From a bacterium (lineage in GTDB: Bacteria; Patescibacteriota; Microgenomatia; UBA1400; UBA12108), in contig JAJYKS010000002.1 in assembly GCA_021788365.1 (NCBI GenBank), forward strand, positions 32,521 to 96,520: a stretch of 64,000 nt of DNA. Reading direction: 5' to 3'. Of the stretch, positions 9,505-21,461 are shown piece after piece (the stretch's first letter is position 1; each line of letters begins with the position of its first letter). Under the pieces are notes generated by a model. That model was not told where the DNA came from and searched no databases. It saw nothing but the letters and a program-made list of their open reading frames with translations. The translations under genes were made by a program, and so were the position numbers.

Positions 9505-10752
9505 CTACTTTACAAACACGACGGCCGTAGGGAGCAATCTTCCTGGTCCTACCTTGTATCCGCCACCATACCAGAGGGCGCTACTACCCCCTCCGTCGAG
9601 GTTAAGTGCCTGCTCAAGACCGAGAGTTTTCAAGACGTGTGCCTCGTCGACGACGCTTGCACCCAAAACATGGCCGATAACGGTGAGACTACCCTTAACA
9701 CCGATAAAGCCTTTTGGTCCCTTTACCATCTGGTGTGCCTCAACACTTCCTGGGTCAAAAGCGATGTTGCCGCCAACAAGGAGGAGTGGATGGTTTGCCA
9801 GTGCGCCGGTTGCCGCAGAATCGACCCCCCAGTCAAGTGTACGTCCATAAAAATGGAGTGACGAGCCATACGCCGAAAAAAGCGGTACCACGCTGTAGAC
9901 GTTGTTTGCGGTATTCAGGGCATGGTGGGTGCGACCGTTATAGGCAAGGGTATCGAAACTATTTGTCTTACCCTGGCAGCTGCTGTAGTCTGGGGGACAA
10001 AAATAGGCACCATTTATACCGGCAAATCCGCCGTTCCGGGTAACATAGTCGGCTAGGGATAGTACCGGGCAGTTGTCACCACAATCCGAGTCAGAGGCGG
10101 TATCAACAATCACCTTCGGACTATCGGCAACCACCATCACCACCGTATAGGTACCCGTATCGGTCACGACTGATTGGCGGTAGAAACCAGGGCCATGGAG
10201 CGTGTTGTCTGTCGGCGCGTTGGCGGTAGCTGTAACACTCGCCGCCTGCTTCGCGATGAGGCCCGCAGCCGTACTCTGTACCTTAGCGGCTGCACTTGCC
10301 GCGCTCTCGTACTGCTCTTTGCCGAGGTCAGCCAGGTACTGAGCGAGGAGGCTGTCGAGGCCTGCGGTAGGGATGCCTTGCTTGTTGAGGTCTGCCACTT
10401 GGTTAAACATATCGGCGCCATCTGCATAGGTCTTCTGCATAACAGCGAGGCGGGCGGAGAGGCTCGCATTCTTTACAACCTGATCCTCCTGCTGCAGCGC
10501 TGCAAGCTCTGCTGCTTTGCCGGAGAGGTCATGCGCCGTAGTCTGCGCCGCAGAGACCTCGGCGACCATTACCCGTTGCTCCCCGTACATACCCCAAAGG
10601 GTAGTCCCGAGGCCTCCAATAATCGCGAGAAGATAGGCAGTGATAAGCGCGCGAAACGCAAAACTGCCGTAAAAGCGGAAAAACAGCACACGCACCGAGC
10701 CAAAGAGATGTTTCATTAGGATAATACTATATACTATCCCTATGCCGGACAA
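9505..10752 (-). CDS. Membrane-anchored protein with coiled-coil and C-terminal phosphodiester glycosidase (NAGPA/DUF2233-like) domain
   Basis: N-terminal TM segment, Ala/Gln-rich coiled-coil, and C-terminal 'LNLDGGGSSALWYGG' motif. Confidence 0.5.
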   Translation of the reverse strand: MSGIGIVYSIILMKHLFGSVRVLFFRFYGSFAFRALITAYLLAIIGGLGTTLWGMYGEQRVMVAEVSAAQTTAHDLSGKAAELAALQQEDQVVKNASLSARLAVMQKTYADGADMFNQVADLNKQGIPTAGLDSLLAQYLADLGKEQYESAASAAAKVQSTAAGLIAKQAASVTATANAPTDNTLHGPGFYRQSVVTDTGTYTVVMVVADSPKVIVDTASDSDCGDNCPVLSLADYVTRNGGFAGINGAYFCPPDYSSCQGKTNSFDTLAYNGRTHHALNTANNVYSVVPLFSAYGSSLHFYGRTLDWGVDSAATGALANHPLLLVGGNIAFDPGSVEAHQMVKGPKGFIGVKGSLTVIGHVLGASVVDEAHVLKTLGLEQALNLDGGGSSALWYGGGYKVGPGRLLPTAVVFVK

Positions 10753-11614
10753 ATTCTCAGCCGTGTGGGTCTCTCACTCCTCGATCAGCGACTTCAAGCG
10801 TTGCCCGCGCCGCTACTACCTGGCAAATGTCTATCGTGACCCCCGCAGCAATCATAAAATATCACTTGCTTCTCCCTCACTTTCCTTGGGGTCTGCCGTC
10901 CACGAGGTGCTGGAATCGCTATCCATGCTACCAACAAACGAACGATTCAAGGTATCGCTCATAGAACGCTTCCAAACAGCGTGGTCAAAAATATCCGGCG
11001 AGCGAGGCGGATTTGAGGGGAAAGAAGACGAAACACGCTACAAAACACGTGGAGAAGACATGCTCCGCCGCGTCGTCGCCCATCCCGGTCCCCTAGAACG
11101 CCTCGCTGTGAAGATAAAACAAGATCTACCACACTATTGGCTATCAGAAGACGACAATATCGTGCTCTGCGGCCGCATCGACTGGCTCGAGTACAATCCC
11201 GGTGACGATTCTGTTTCGATCCTCGACTTCAAGACTGGTAAAAACGACGAAGCGCCAGACTCGCTCCAACTCCCCATCTACCATTTGCTAGCGCACAACT
11301 GCCAGACACGCGAAGTAAAGAAGGCAAGCTACTGGTATCTAGATCGGGACGACGTACCAGTGGAGCAGACGCTGCCAGATCTCGATCGTTCCCGCGAGAC
11401 GATACTCAAGGTGGCCAAAGAAATAAAGCTCGCACGGGCACTTGAACGATTTAAGTGCCCCGAGGGGGATAGCGGTTGTAAATACTGCCGCCCCTACGAA
11501 AAAATACTAAAAGGCGAGGCACAGTTTGTTGGAGTAGACGAAACCAGCCGCGACGTCTACTCGCTCCACTCAACGAACACTATCGCTCAGTTCCCAGAGA
11601 GTGAGATTCTATAG
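10742..11614 (+). CDS. PD-(D/E)XK nuclease superfamily protein (Cas4/RecB-like) with C-terminal Cys cluster
   Basis: N-terminal 'SISDFKRCPRRYYL', 'ILDFKTGK' (D...K core), and C-terminal CPEGDSGCKYCRPY. Confidence 0.55.
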   Translation: MPDKFSAVWVSHSSISDFKRCPRRYYLANVYRDPRSNHKISLASPSLSLGSAVHEVLESLSMLPTNERFKVSLIERFQTAWSKISGERGGFEGKEDETRYKTRGEDMLRRVVAHPGPLERLAVKIKQDLPHYWLSEDDNIVLCGRIDWLEYNPGDDSVSILDFKTGKNDEAPDSLQLPIYHLLAHNCQTREVKKASYWYLDRDDVPVEQTLPDLDRSRETILKVAKEIKLARALERFKCPEGDSGCKYCRPYEKILKGEAQFVGVDETSRDVYSLHSTNTIAQFPESEIL

Positions 11615-11868
11615 CAGCCCTGCGCGCATCGCTTTCTCGTATTAGAATCTCCGTGAGCCGCCACAACCAACGAATCTTCCCATCTGTCTCCATAATACTA
11701 ATGGCATCTGGTGAGTTCATAAGTGTCTCAGCACACGACAAAAACAACTCGTATATATCAACCGCAACGCATATCTTCTGTTGAGTACCAATATCTACCA
11801 TAAAGATAGAATAGTTACGTAATTATACAAATCTTGCCAAAACCATACAAATACGCATAAAATAGACT

Positions 11869-13521
11869 GTGCCGCAAAAAACAGTCGATACCAAGTACGT
11901 TTTTGTTTCAGGTGGAGTTCTCTCCTCCCTCGGAAAAGGCATTACCACAGCCAGCATTGCGATGCTCCTGTCTGCAAAGGGCTATCACGTTACCGTCGTC
12001 AAATGCGAAAACTATCTCAATATAGATGCCGGGCTTATCAATCCCATCGAACACGGCGATCCTTTCCTCTGCGAAGATGGCACCGAGACCGACATGGACA
12101 TAGGCAACTACGAGCGTTTCCTGGGCCGCAATCTTGGCTCCCACAACTTCGTCACCATGGGTCAAATTTACCAGGCAGTTATCAACCGAGAGCGGTCCTA
12201 CGGCTACGAAGGCGAAGACATCGAGGCCATACCGCACGTCACGGATGAGATTATCCATAGGATAAAGAGCGCGGCAGCAGCAGACAAAGCCGAAATTTGT
12301 GTTGTGGAACTTGGCGGCACGGCAGGGGAGTACCAGAATGTACTGTATTACGAAGCTTCCCGTATCATGAAGTTATCTGGCGAGGCCGTACTCCACGTAC
12401 ACGTCACCTATTTGCCGACACCGCTCCACATTGGCGAGCCCAAAACCAAGCCAGCTCAGCTTTCCGTCAAAGAACTAAACGCCATGAGTATCCAGCCCGA
12501 TTTCCTCGTTGCCCGCTCAGAGCGGCCCCTAGATGAGCGCCGTCTTGAGCGGCTTGCCTTATTCTGCAATCTCCACAGCGAAGATATCATTGTAAATGAA
12601 GACAAAAAGAGCATTTACCAGGTCCCCCTTGGCTTCCACGAACAAAATTTCGACAAGAAAATCCTGGCAAAACTAGGCCTCAAAGACAAATCGTCTAACC
12701 TAAAAGCCTGGCAAGAGCTCGTACAACAGGCCATCACGCCAAGAGCAAAGTCGGTGACCATTTCAGTTGTGGGCAAGTATTTTAAGACAGGCGATTACAA
12801 TCTCAAAGACAGCTATCACGCCCTGTTCGAGGCGCTCGATCACGCAGCCATAAAGAGTCGTGTTGCACTCGATATCCGCTACATAAACTCTGAGCGAGTC
12901 GAAAAAGAAGGGGTGAGTATCCTCGATGGTTCAGACGGCATCATTGTACCCATAGGCTGGGGTAGTCGCGGTACCGAAGGAAAGATTGCAGCCGTGGAAT
13001 ACGCGCGTACCAAGAGGATTCCCTATCTAGGTCTCTGCTACGGCCTACAACTTGCGGTTGTCGAATACGCGCGCAACATGGTAGGGCTATCCGGCGCAAA
13101 CTCCTCTGAGATAAACCCGTCCACAAAATATCCAGTCGTGCACGATATACCCTTCGACGAACGCTACCAGCGCATTAAGGGAAACGGTGTCAGCATGCGC
13201 CTCGGCGCCTACGATTGCCACCTGACGCCAGGCAGCCTCGCCGCAGACATATATGGCAACGCCAAGGTTATCTCTGAGCGTCACCGACACCGCTACGAAG
13301 TAAACAATAGCTATCGCGACGCGCTCGAAGCGGCCGGTCTTGTCATATCCGGCACAAGTCCCGACAACTTCTTTGTGGAGATGATCGAGCTACCGCGCGA
13401 GAGTCACCCTTTCTTTGTGGCTACCCAAGCACATCCCGAGTACAAGTCTCGGCCACTGTCACCACACCCAATCTTCCTCCGCTTTTTGGACGCCGCCGTT
13501 GCTCAACATTCACAACTCTGA
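11869..13521 (+). CDS. pyrG: CTP synthase
   Basis: [23 protein letters not shown]-terminus and a glutamine amidotransferase C-domain. Confidence 0.93.
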   Translation: MPQKTVDTKYVFVSGGVLSSLGKGITTASIAMLLSAKGYHVTVVKCENYLNIDAGLINPIEHGDPFLCEDGTETDMDIGNYERFLGRNLGSHNFVTMGQIYQAVINRERSYGYEGEDIEAIPHVTDEIIHRIKSAAAADKAEICVVELGGTAGEYQNVLYYEASRIMKLSGEAVLHVHVTYLPTPLHIGEPKTKPAQLSVKELNAMSIQPDFLVARSERPLDERRLERLALFCNLHSEDIIVNEDKKSIYQVPLGFHEQNFDKKILAKLGLKDKSSNLKAWQELVQQAITPRAKSVTISVVGKYFKTGDYNLKDSYHALFEALDHAAIKSRVALDIRYINSERVEKEGVSILDGSDGIIVPIGWGSRGTEGKIAAVEYARTKRIPYLGLCYGLQLAVVEYARNMVGLSGANSSEINPSTKYPVVHDIPFDERYQRIKGNGVSMRLGAYDCHLTPGSLAADIYGNAKVISERHRHRYEVNNSYRDALEAAGLVISGTSPDNFFVEMIELPRESHPFFVATQAHPEYKSRPLSPHPIFLRFLDAAVAQHSQL

Positions 13522-13534
13522 TAAAATACCCGCT

Positions 13535-13864
13535 ATGGCAAACTCAGCGACACATAAAGAAGTGACATTCAAGGTAGGCGACACTGTCCGTGTTCACCAG
13601 AGCATCAAGGAAGGGGAGAAATCCCGTATCCAGGTGTTTGAGGGTGTCGTCATCGCCATCTCCAAAAATGGCGAGCCCAGCTTCACCGTCCGCAAGATTG
13701 CAACGGGAGGTATCGGTGTTGAGAAGATTTTCCCCCTAAAGGCTCCCGTCGTTGACAAAGTCGAGGTCAAGAAAACTGGCTTTGTCCGTCGTGCAAAGCT
13801 CTACTACCTCCGCGATCGCATCGGCAAGAACGCCACCAAAGTCCACGAAGCCAAAACGGCTTAA
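13535..13864 (+). CDS. rplS: 50S ribosomal protein L19
   Basis: [29 protein letters not shown]...[10 protein letters not shown] matches bL19; start taken at the in-frame ATG at 13535. Confidence 0.85.
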   Translation: MANSATHKEVTFKVGDTVRVHQSIKEGEKSRIQVFEGVVIAISKNGEPSFTVRKIATGGIGVEKIFPLKAPVVDKVEVKKTGFVRRAKLYYLRDRIGKNATKVHEAKTA

Positions 13865-13881
13865 TCGGTAAAATACGAGCC

Positions 13882-14187
13882 GTGACTACTGAGTTTTACA
13901 ACGAACACAAGGGAATTGCAGAATTAGTAGAGGTTGCCCTCCAAGATCTTGCTGCGGAAGCCTTTATATCGCTCGTCGATACGGCTGGAGGTCCAGACGT
14001 AGCTAACATAGTAGCTGATACATTTGTGCGAGAATCGACACAGCCGCTAGATGAGTTGTCTGTTACTGATTGGGGGTTGAAGCTCGACAATGAGCTTGAA
14101 AAATATTCGAGAGTAGACGCGCAGACGATTGAAGCAGTAAATGTCGCCTTGACGGCCTGGGACGAGACACACTTCGGACGCGACTAG
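13882..14187 (+). CDS. Hypothetical acidic protein (101 aa)
   Basis: ORF only. Confidence 0.35.
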   Translation: MTTEFYNEHKGIAELVEVALQDLAAEAFISLVDTAGGPDVANIVADTFVRESTQPLDELSVTDWGLKLDNELEKYSRVDAQTIEAVNVALTAWDETHFGRD

Positions 14188-14243
14188 GAATAAAGAATAA
14201 GCTCCTCTATTGCCATATTTCATGCTAAAATAACCAACTAGTG

Positions 14244-14324
14244 GGGCCTATAGCTCAGCTTTGGCCAAAGGCCAATCAGCCTATGGCTGAGGTTAGAGCG
14301 TCCCGACAAGTCGGGAGTGTCCTG
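14244..14324 (+). pseudogene. Degenerate partial copy of the 5' ~50 nt of tRNA-Lys, with a hairpin insertion in the D-loop and a non-functional anticodon arm
   Basis: GGGCCTATAGCTCAGCT (17/17 identical to tRNA-Lys 5'), then the insert TTGGCCAAAGGCCAA..., then GGTTAGAGC, a 4-nt-loop hairpin and GTGTCCTG. There is no T-arm or 3' acceptor. Confidence 0.5.
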
Positions 14325-14328
14325 TCAA

Positions 14329-14586
14329 ATGAAATATTGTCTGTACATCCTTCACGATTCCTCAAAAGATCGATATTACATTGGGCAAACAGCAAATCTA
14401 GCCGACAGATTAAAACGACACCACTCTCACCGTAGTAAGTACACAAAAAGTGGGAGCTGGTCACTCGTATACAAAGAGCTGTATAATACACGATCAGAAG
14501 CATTTAGGAGAGAACTCTATCTTAAATCGCTAAAGAATAAACAAAAGATTCGAGAGTTAGTGGGGGCCTATAGCTCAGCTGGTTAG
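14329..14586 (+). CDS. Small GIY-YIG nuclease family protein (COG2827/YhbQ-like)
   Basis: 'YCLYILHDSSKDRYYIGQTANLADRLKRHHS...SLVYKELYNTRSEAFRRELYLKSLKNKQK' matches the GIY-YIG/URI consensus. Its 3' end overlaps the tRNA-Lys 5' end. Confidence 0.7.
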   Translation: MKYCLYILHDSSKDRYYIGQTANLADRLKRHHSHRSKYTKSGSWSLVYKELYNTRSEAFRRELYLKSLKNKQKIRELVGAYSSAG

Positions 14587-14637
14587 AGCACCTGCCTTTT
14601 AAGCAGGGTGTCCTGGGTCCGAATCCCAGTGGGCCCA
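14564..14637 (+). tRNA. tRNA-Lys (anticodon TTT), no encoded CCA
   Basis: Manual cloverleaf fold: acceptor GGGCCTA/TGGGCCC, anticodon loop CTTTTAA, T-loop TCCGAAT. Confidence 0.85.
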
Positions 14638-14650
14638 CGGTAATAAAATT

Positions 14651-14723
14651 GGGCCTAACTCTCAATGGGTTAGAGCATCCCGCTCACGCGGGAGTAACCT
14701 GGGTCCGAATCCCAGTGGGCCCA
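14651..14723 (+). tRNA. tRNA-Val (anticodon CAC), no encoded CCA
   Basis: Manual fold; anticodon loop CTCACGC; acceptor and T-arm identical to tRNA-Lys. Confidence 0.75.
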
Positions 14724-14739
14724 CCGTGTGTATCCTACT

Positions 14740-14814
14740 GGCCTCATCGTCTAGCCTGGTCTAGGACAGCGGGTTTTCATCCCGCTAACTTGGGTTCGAA
14801 TCCCAATGAGGTCA
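14740..14814 (+). tRNA. tRNA-Glu (anticodon TTC)
   Basis: Manual fold; anticodon loop TTTTCAT; D-arm GTCTAG...AGGAC is typical of tRNA-Glu. Confidence 0.85.
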
Positions 14815-15234
14815 CATAATCGGAATTTTCGTCCTCTAATGCTTCAATTAGCTCGAAAGAACGGGATAAATCGGCAAATAAACTCGCGGGGATGCTATTG
14901 CAGCGCGCATCCGTGATTGAGGAAAATAGTCTCCAAAAGGACCACGATCGCAATAGTCGAGAGGATAAAATACGCCCAGATCCCGCGCTCGAGGATACTT
15001 TCCCATGCCTTTGCCACCTCAGCCGCGGAATTATCTGATACTTTTTTTACCTGAGTTGTACTGTTCACAACGCATAATACTACGACAAATAAGATAGTTC
15101 TATGTCCAAAAATAGTCTGAGTTATCCGTACTTGCGTGAAAGAGAACTTTGTGTGCATAATAAAAACAGATAGGCCAGGAAACTGTCCAAAATTATTGAC
15201 GGAAACTGACTTGCCTGGTACTATAAAGACCCGT

Positions 15235-15996
15235 ATGTCATCTTTACACATAAGTATCTCAGCCGAACCGCTGGCGCATGTCGCTGGGGTCACTATTACC
15301 AACTCCATGTTGACCTCCTGGTTTGTCACCGCTCTCCTTATAATTCTTGTCCTCATGTTTTATCGCACCATTACCTACAAAGGCCGGCCAGGTCGCATGC
15401 AATCCTTTATAGAGTTTGTCATAGAAGGCCTCTACGGCGTAGTGGAGAGCATGACCGGAGCACTCAAAGCAAAGACATTTTTCCCCCTGATCGCTACATT
15501 CTTCATCTATATTATCTTCTCTAATTGGTCCGGCCTCATCCCTGGAGCAGGTACCATAGGTATGACAGAGCTCGTGGATGGCACAAAAGAGTTTATCCCG
15601 TTCTTCCGCGCACCAACAGCTGACATAAATACCACACTCGCACTTGGCCTCGTTAGCATGGTTATGGTGCAGGTCTATGGTGTCAAATTCCTCGGTGTCC
15701 GCTATTTCAAGAAATTTTTTGACTTCTCCTCACCCATCAACTTCTTTGTCGGCATACTCGAAATTATCTCCGATGTCGCCAAGGTTATTTCCTTCGCCTT
15801 CCGTCTCTTTGGCAACATCATTGCAGGCGAGATTTTGCTGCTTGTCATGGGATTCTTGGTGCCCGTATTCGGTCCCACACCGTTTATTGGTCTAGAAATC
15901 TTTGTCGGCTTTATCCAGGCGCTCGTATTTATGATGCTGTCAACGGTATTTATCAACATGGCTACAATTGGCCACGGAGATGAGCACCACGAATAA
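15235..15996 (+). CDS. atpB: F0F1 ATP synthase subunit a
   Basis: Multi-TM protein with the conserved LFGNIIAGE region; first gene of the atp operon. Confidence 0.85.
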   Translation: MSSLHISISAEPLAHVAGVTITNSMLTSWFVTALLIILVLMFYRTITYKGRPGRMQSFIEFVIEGLYGVVESMTGALKAKTFFPLIATFFIYIIFSNWSGLIPGAGTIGMTELVDGTKEFIPFFRAPTADINTTLALGLVSMVMVQVYGVKFLGVRYFKKFFDFSSPINFFVGILEIISDVAKVISFAFRLFGNIIAGEILLLVMGFLVPVFGPTPFIGLEIFVGFIQALVFMMLSTVFINMATIGHGDEHHE

Positions 15997-16036
15997 TTAT
16001 TACTAGAATCTAGAGCCCGAGAGGGCCTAGATCTAA

Positions 16037-16276
<240 letters not shown>

Positions 16277-16289
16277 AGGAGAGCGTCTT

Positions 16290-16766
16290 ATGCAAATAGA
16301 GCTCACACAAATACTCTTGCAGGTACTAAACTTTGGCATCCTATTTTTTGTGCTGGCAAAGTTTCTTTTCAAGCCAATCTTGAAGATCTTGGATGCTCGC
16401 GCCGATCGCGTTGCCGAGGCGGCCTCCGCAGCCGAGAAAAGTCTGAAGATGCAAGCAGAAATAGAGGAAAAGAAAGCAGCCAAGCTCGCCGAGGCTACGA
16501 AAAAAGCCGCAGCGGTTATGGCGGAAGCCCGAGAAGACGCCAAGAAGATGGCCGCAGAAATAGTCGCCGAAGCCAAGGCTGCCTCCGCCAAAGAGGTAGA
16601 AAAACAGCAGGCAGCGTTTATGGACGCGCTTCATGAAGAAGAACTTGCCATGAAACGCCGTGTTGTGACAATGGTTGTTGCAACCACAAAGACCGTGTTG
16701 GCCGAGTCGCTTCCCGCAACAGAGGTCAAGGCTATTACGAAAAAAGAACTTGCGAGGCTAAAGTAA
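16290..16766 (+). CDS. atpF: F0F1 ATP synthase subunit b
   Basis: N-terminal TM then a long Ala/Glu/Lys-rich helix; position in operon. Confidence 0.75.
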   Translation: MQIELTQILLQVLNFGILFFVLAKFLFKPILKILDARADRVAEAASAAEKSLKMQAEIEEKKAAKLAEATKKAAAVMAEAREDAKKMAAEIVAEAKAASAKEVEKQQAAFMDALHEEELAMKRRVVTMVVATTKTVLAESLPATEVKAITKKELARLK

Positions 16767-16767
16767 T

Positions 16768-17106
16768 ATGACCAGCGCCAAACGCCTCGCGGAGACGATC
16801 GTCAGCTATCTTCGTGCACGGGGAGAACTTTCTCTTTTGCCAGAAGTAGTCAAGTCCTTGGAAGGTGCAGCCCGCGCCGCACGGGCGGGTACTCGGGTTA
16901 CCGTCACCTCGGCCTACAAGCTGAGTGCGCCGGAGCTGAAAGACCTCGAGACCTACGTTATGCGAACTATGGGTGGTACATATCCCATCGAAAACGTCGT
17001 CGATCCTTCGCTCGTCGCCGGCTTTACTCTACAAATGGGCGACACGTTTATAGATGCCTCAACACGCGGCCGTCTGGAAGCACTGTCGAGCGAATTAGCA
17101 AAATAA
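16768..17106 (+). CDS. atpH: F0F1 ATP synthase subunit delta (short form, 112 aa)
   Basis: Operon position and C-terminal delta-like sequence ([25 protein letters not shown]); the N-terminal domain is missing. Confidence 0.6.
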   Translation: MTSAKRLAETIVSYLRARGELSLLPEVVKSLEGAARAARAGTRVTVTSAYKLSAPELKDLETYVMRTMGGTYPIENVVDPSLVAGFTLQMGDTFIDASTRGRLEALSSELAK

Positions 17107-17122
17107 TGGTAAAGGATACAGT

Positions 17123-18667
17123 ATGAAAACAGTGAAACCCATTGTAGCAAAAGACATCGAAACCGAACTCCTAAAACGCCTAGAGGGTCTCACCGTTGGC
17201 TCGACTAAAAAGAACGTTGGCACCATCCTATCACTAGGCGACGGCGTCGCGACAGTCTCCGGATTGGGAGACGTTATGATGAACGAAATTGTCGAATTCA
17301 AGGGAGGCGTCTATGGCCTCGCACTCTCCCTGAATGCCGACACAGTCGGCGTCGTCATGCTTGGCGACTATACCAAGCTAAACGAGGGTGACTCGGTCGC
17401 ATGCACGGGCCGCATCCTCTCCGTCCCCGTCGGCCCCGCATTCGAGGGTCGTGTAGTCAACGCTATCGGTATACCAGTAGACGGCAAAGCCGCTCCCAAA
17501 GCCGCCGATGTGTACCCGGTAGAGCGCGTTGCCTCAGGCGTCATCACCCGCCAAAGAGTCTCTCAGCCGGTCCAGACAGGCATTGTCGCAATAGACGCCA
17601 TGATCCCAGTTGGTCGGGGCCAGCGAGAGCTCATAATCGGCGATCGCGGTATTGGCAAAAGCTCAGTGGCAATAACCACCATCATCAATCAAAAAAAAGA
17701 ACACATGCACTGTATCTACGTCACGATCGGCCAAAAGCGGGCGTTCGTCGCGCAGCTACAAAGCACACTTGAGCGTTTTGGCGCCATGGAGTACACAACC
17801 ATCGTGGCCGCTACCGCCTCTGACCCCGCCTCCATGCAATTCTTGGCTCCCTACACGGGCGCAGCGTTGGGCGAGTACTATGCCCATCACGGCGAAGACG
17901 CCCTCATTATCTACGATGACCTTAGTAAGCATGCCTGGGCCTACCGCGAGATTTCGCTACTTCTCCGGCGCCCATCTGGTCGCGAGGCGTATCCCGGCGA
18001 CGTCTTCTATCTCCATTCTCGTCTCCTGGAACGCGCCTGTCGCCTCAACAAAGACTACGGCGGCGGCTCTTTGACAGCGCTTCCCATAATCGAAACGCAG
18101 GCTGGCGACGTCTCTGCCTACATTCCCACCAACGTTATCAGTATCACCGATGGCCAGATTTATCTCGAGAGTGACCTCTTCAACTCCGGTTTCAAGCCCG
18201 CTGTCAACGTCGGCCTCTCGGTCTCACGTGTCGGTGGTGACGCCCAGATCAAAGCCATGAAAAAGGTCGCCGGTCGCCTGCGACTTGACCTTGCTCAATA
18301 TCGGGAACTCGCAGCCTTTGCCCAGTTTGCTTCCGACTTGGACGCAAAAACCAAAGCGCAACTCGACAAAGGCGCTCGCGTCTCCGAAATCCTAAAACAG
18401 GGTTGGGACGAACCCATGGACGTTGCCAAACAAGTTTTCCTCATCTGGGCGACAACTGAAGGCTATGCTGCCGAAGTCGATCTCAAGAATATGGCAGAAT
18501 GGAAAAAAGCTGTTCTCTCGCATCTCGACTCCAAGGAGGGGAAGGCGGTCGTTGAAGCAATTCACAAGGAAGGAACGCTTTCCGACGAGCTTTTGACCAA
18601 GATGAAAAAGGTTGCCGACACGGTCAGTAAACAAACCACTCACTTACACATAAGTAGTGAAGAGTAA
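17123..18667 (+). CDS. atpA: F0F1 ATP synthase subunit alpha
   Basis: GDRGIGKS P-loop and [40 protein letters not shown]. Confidence 0.95.
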   Translation: MKTVKPIVAKDIETELLKRLEGLTVGSTKKNVGTILSLGDGVATVSGLGDVMMNEIVEFKGGVYGLALSLNADTVGVVMLGDYTKLNEGDSVACTGRILSVPVGPAFEGRVVNAIGIPVDGKAAPKAADVYPVERVASGVITRQRVSQPVQTGIVAIDAMIPVGRGQRELIIGDRGIGKSSVAITTIINQKKEHMHCIYVTIGQKRAFVAQLQSTLERFGAMEYTTIVAATASDPASMQFLAPYTGAALGEYYAHHGEDALIIYDDLSKHAWAYREISLLLRRPSGREAYPGDVFYLHSRLLERACRLNKDYGGGSLTALPIIETQAGDVSAYIPTNVISITDGQIYLESDLFNSGFKPAVNVGLSVSRVGGDAQIKAMKKVAGRLRLDLAQYRELAAFAQFASDLDAKTKAQLDKGARVSEILKQGWDEPMDVAKQVFLIWATTEGYAAEVDLKNMAEWKKAVLSHLDSKEGKAVVEAIHKEGTLSDELLTKMKKVADTVSKQTTHLHISSEE

Positions 18668-18673
18668 GTTCGT

Positions 18674-19531
18674 ATGAGTAATCTTATTGGCATTAGGCGC
18701 CGCATAAAGTCCGCCAAGAACATCTCGCAGATCACCAAAGCCATGGAGATGGTTTCGGCCAGCAAAATGCGCAAAGCTCAAGATATGGCGCTTGCCACTC
18801 GCCCCTTTACCGCCAAGCTGTACGACATCATGGCTCGTGTCTCCTCCGAAGAACACGCCGGCCGGCACGCACTAACACAAGTGGTACCCGAACATCACAT
18901 CCTCCTCCTTATGGTAAGTACCAACAAAGGGCTCTGCGGCGCCCTAAACGTCAACATTCACCGCGGCCTTTCGGTCTTCGCCGACGAGCACCGGGGTGTA
19001 AAGATCTCGGTAGCGACAATTGGTAAGAAGGCAAAATACGTTGTTCCAGGAAAAGACATAGAGCTCGCAGCCCGCTTTGACACGCTTGGCGAGACCATTA
19101 CGTTTGAGGAAACACGCAGCATTTCCCGGTACGCCATGGACAGCTTTATGGCTGGCACGTATGACGCTATTTACCTTGTATACCCCAAGTTTATTTCCAC
19201 CTTGCAAAACCAGGTGACAGTAACCAAACTCCTCCCGGTGACTCGTCCCAAAGACGAGGCGGCTATCCCCTCCGAGTACAAGGTGGAGCCAGACGCAAAA
19301 ACATTGATTGACACACTCCTCCCATACCAAGTAGAAATGACGGTATATCAAACGCTTCTCGAGGCCCGCGCCTCCGAGCATTCCGCGCGCATGATCGCAA
19401 TGAAAAACGCCTCGGACAACGCGCGTGACCTCATCTCAGACTTGACACTCGATTACAACCAGGCTCGACAAAGCGCCGTCACCACGGAGCTATTGGACGT
19501 GACCACCGCCCGCATGGCGCTAAACGAATAA
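18674..19531 (+). CDS. atpG: F0F1 ATP synthase subunit gamma
   Basis: IRRRIKSAKNISQITKAMEMVSASKMRKAQ N-terminus and conserved C-terminus. Confidence 0.9.
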   Translation: MSNLIGIRRRIKSAKNISQITKAMEMVSASKMRKAQDMALATRPFTAKLYDIMARVSSEEHAGRHALTQVVPEHHILLLMVSTNKGLCGALNVNIHRGLSVFADEHRGVKISVATIGKKAKYVVPGKDIELAARFDTLGETITFEETRSISRYAMDSFMAGTYDAIYLVYPKFISTLQNQVTVTKLLPVTRPKDEAAIPSEYKVEPDAKTLIDTLLPYQVEMTVYQTLLEARASEHSARMIAMKNASDNARDLISDLTLDYNQARQSAVTTELLDVTTARMALNE

Positions 19532-20962
<1,431 letters not shown>

Positions 20963-20964
20963 GT

Positions 20965-21402
20965 ATGGCGTATAAATTACTAAAACTCGACATAGTGACC
21001 CAGGAAAAGCGGCTCATAACCGCCGAGGTACGGCAGGTGACCGTCGAGACCGTCACCGGCGAAATTACGGTACTACCCAACCACATCCCGCTCCTGACCC
21101 GTCTTTCGGAGGGGCTCCTGCACTTTATAGATCGCGACGGCAAGACCGAAGTGGTTGCGATTTTTGGTGGGTTTCTAGAGGTAGGCGCAGAGGGTGGTGT
21201 CTCCGTTTTAGCCGACGCCGCAGTACGTGCTGCCGACATAGATCTAGCCAAGGTACAGCAGGCTAAAAAAGAAGCCGAGGAAACGCTCCGTGATAAAAAG
21301 CGCGAAACCGAGTTTGCGCTCGCCGAGGCCAGTTTGCGCCGCGCCTATCTCGAAATCAAGGCCGCCCAAAAGGGTAACAAGCCCCGCCACGCCCAAGGTT
21401 AA
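20965..21402 (+). CDS. atpC: F0F1 ATP synthase subunit epsilon
   Basis: Operon position and epsilon-like N-terminal beta-sandwich sequence. Confidence 0.85.
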   Translation: MAYKLLKLDIVTQEKRLITAEVRQVTVETVTGEITVLPNHIPLLTRLSEGLLHFIDRDGKTEVVAIFGGFLEVGAEGGVSVLADAAVRAADIDLAKVQQAKKEAEETLRDKKRETEFALAEASLRRAYLEIKAAQKGNKPRHAQG

Positions 21403-21461
21403 CTTATGGTGAGCTTGTCGAACCATTTGCCTTTTCTTCGGTAACTTCGTATAGTGGATGC

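Noticed and set aside
14244-14637. Group I intron or split tRNA-Lys interpretation of the duplicated tRNA segment
   Set aside because: The downstream tRNA-Lys is complete and folds canonically on its own. The upstream copy lacks a T-arm and 3' acceptor and is not positioned at the anticodon loop where tRNA introns occur.
14895-15356. Minus-strand ORF whose C-terminal ~55 aa (…AKAWESILERGIWAYFILSTIAIVVLLETIF…) looks like a one-TM peptide
   Set aside because: It overlaps the atpB start in antisense and has no clear RBS or start. Only the short tail is plausible, with no homology support, so it is not reported as a feature.
17401-18074. Arg-rich ORFs (123 and 101 aa) in alternative frames inside atpA, plus similar alt-frame ORFs inside dnaE, pyrG, ppsA and others
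   Set aside because: They are embedded in well-supported conserved genes. Their composition (Arg/Pro/Ser-rich) is typical of off-frame translation of GC-rich coding sequence.
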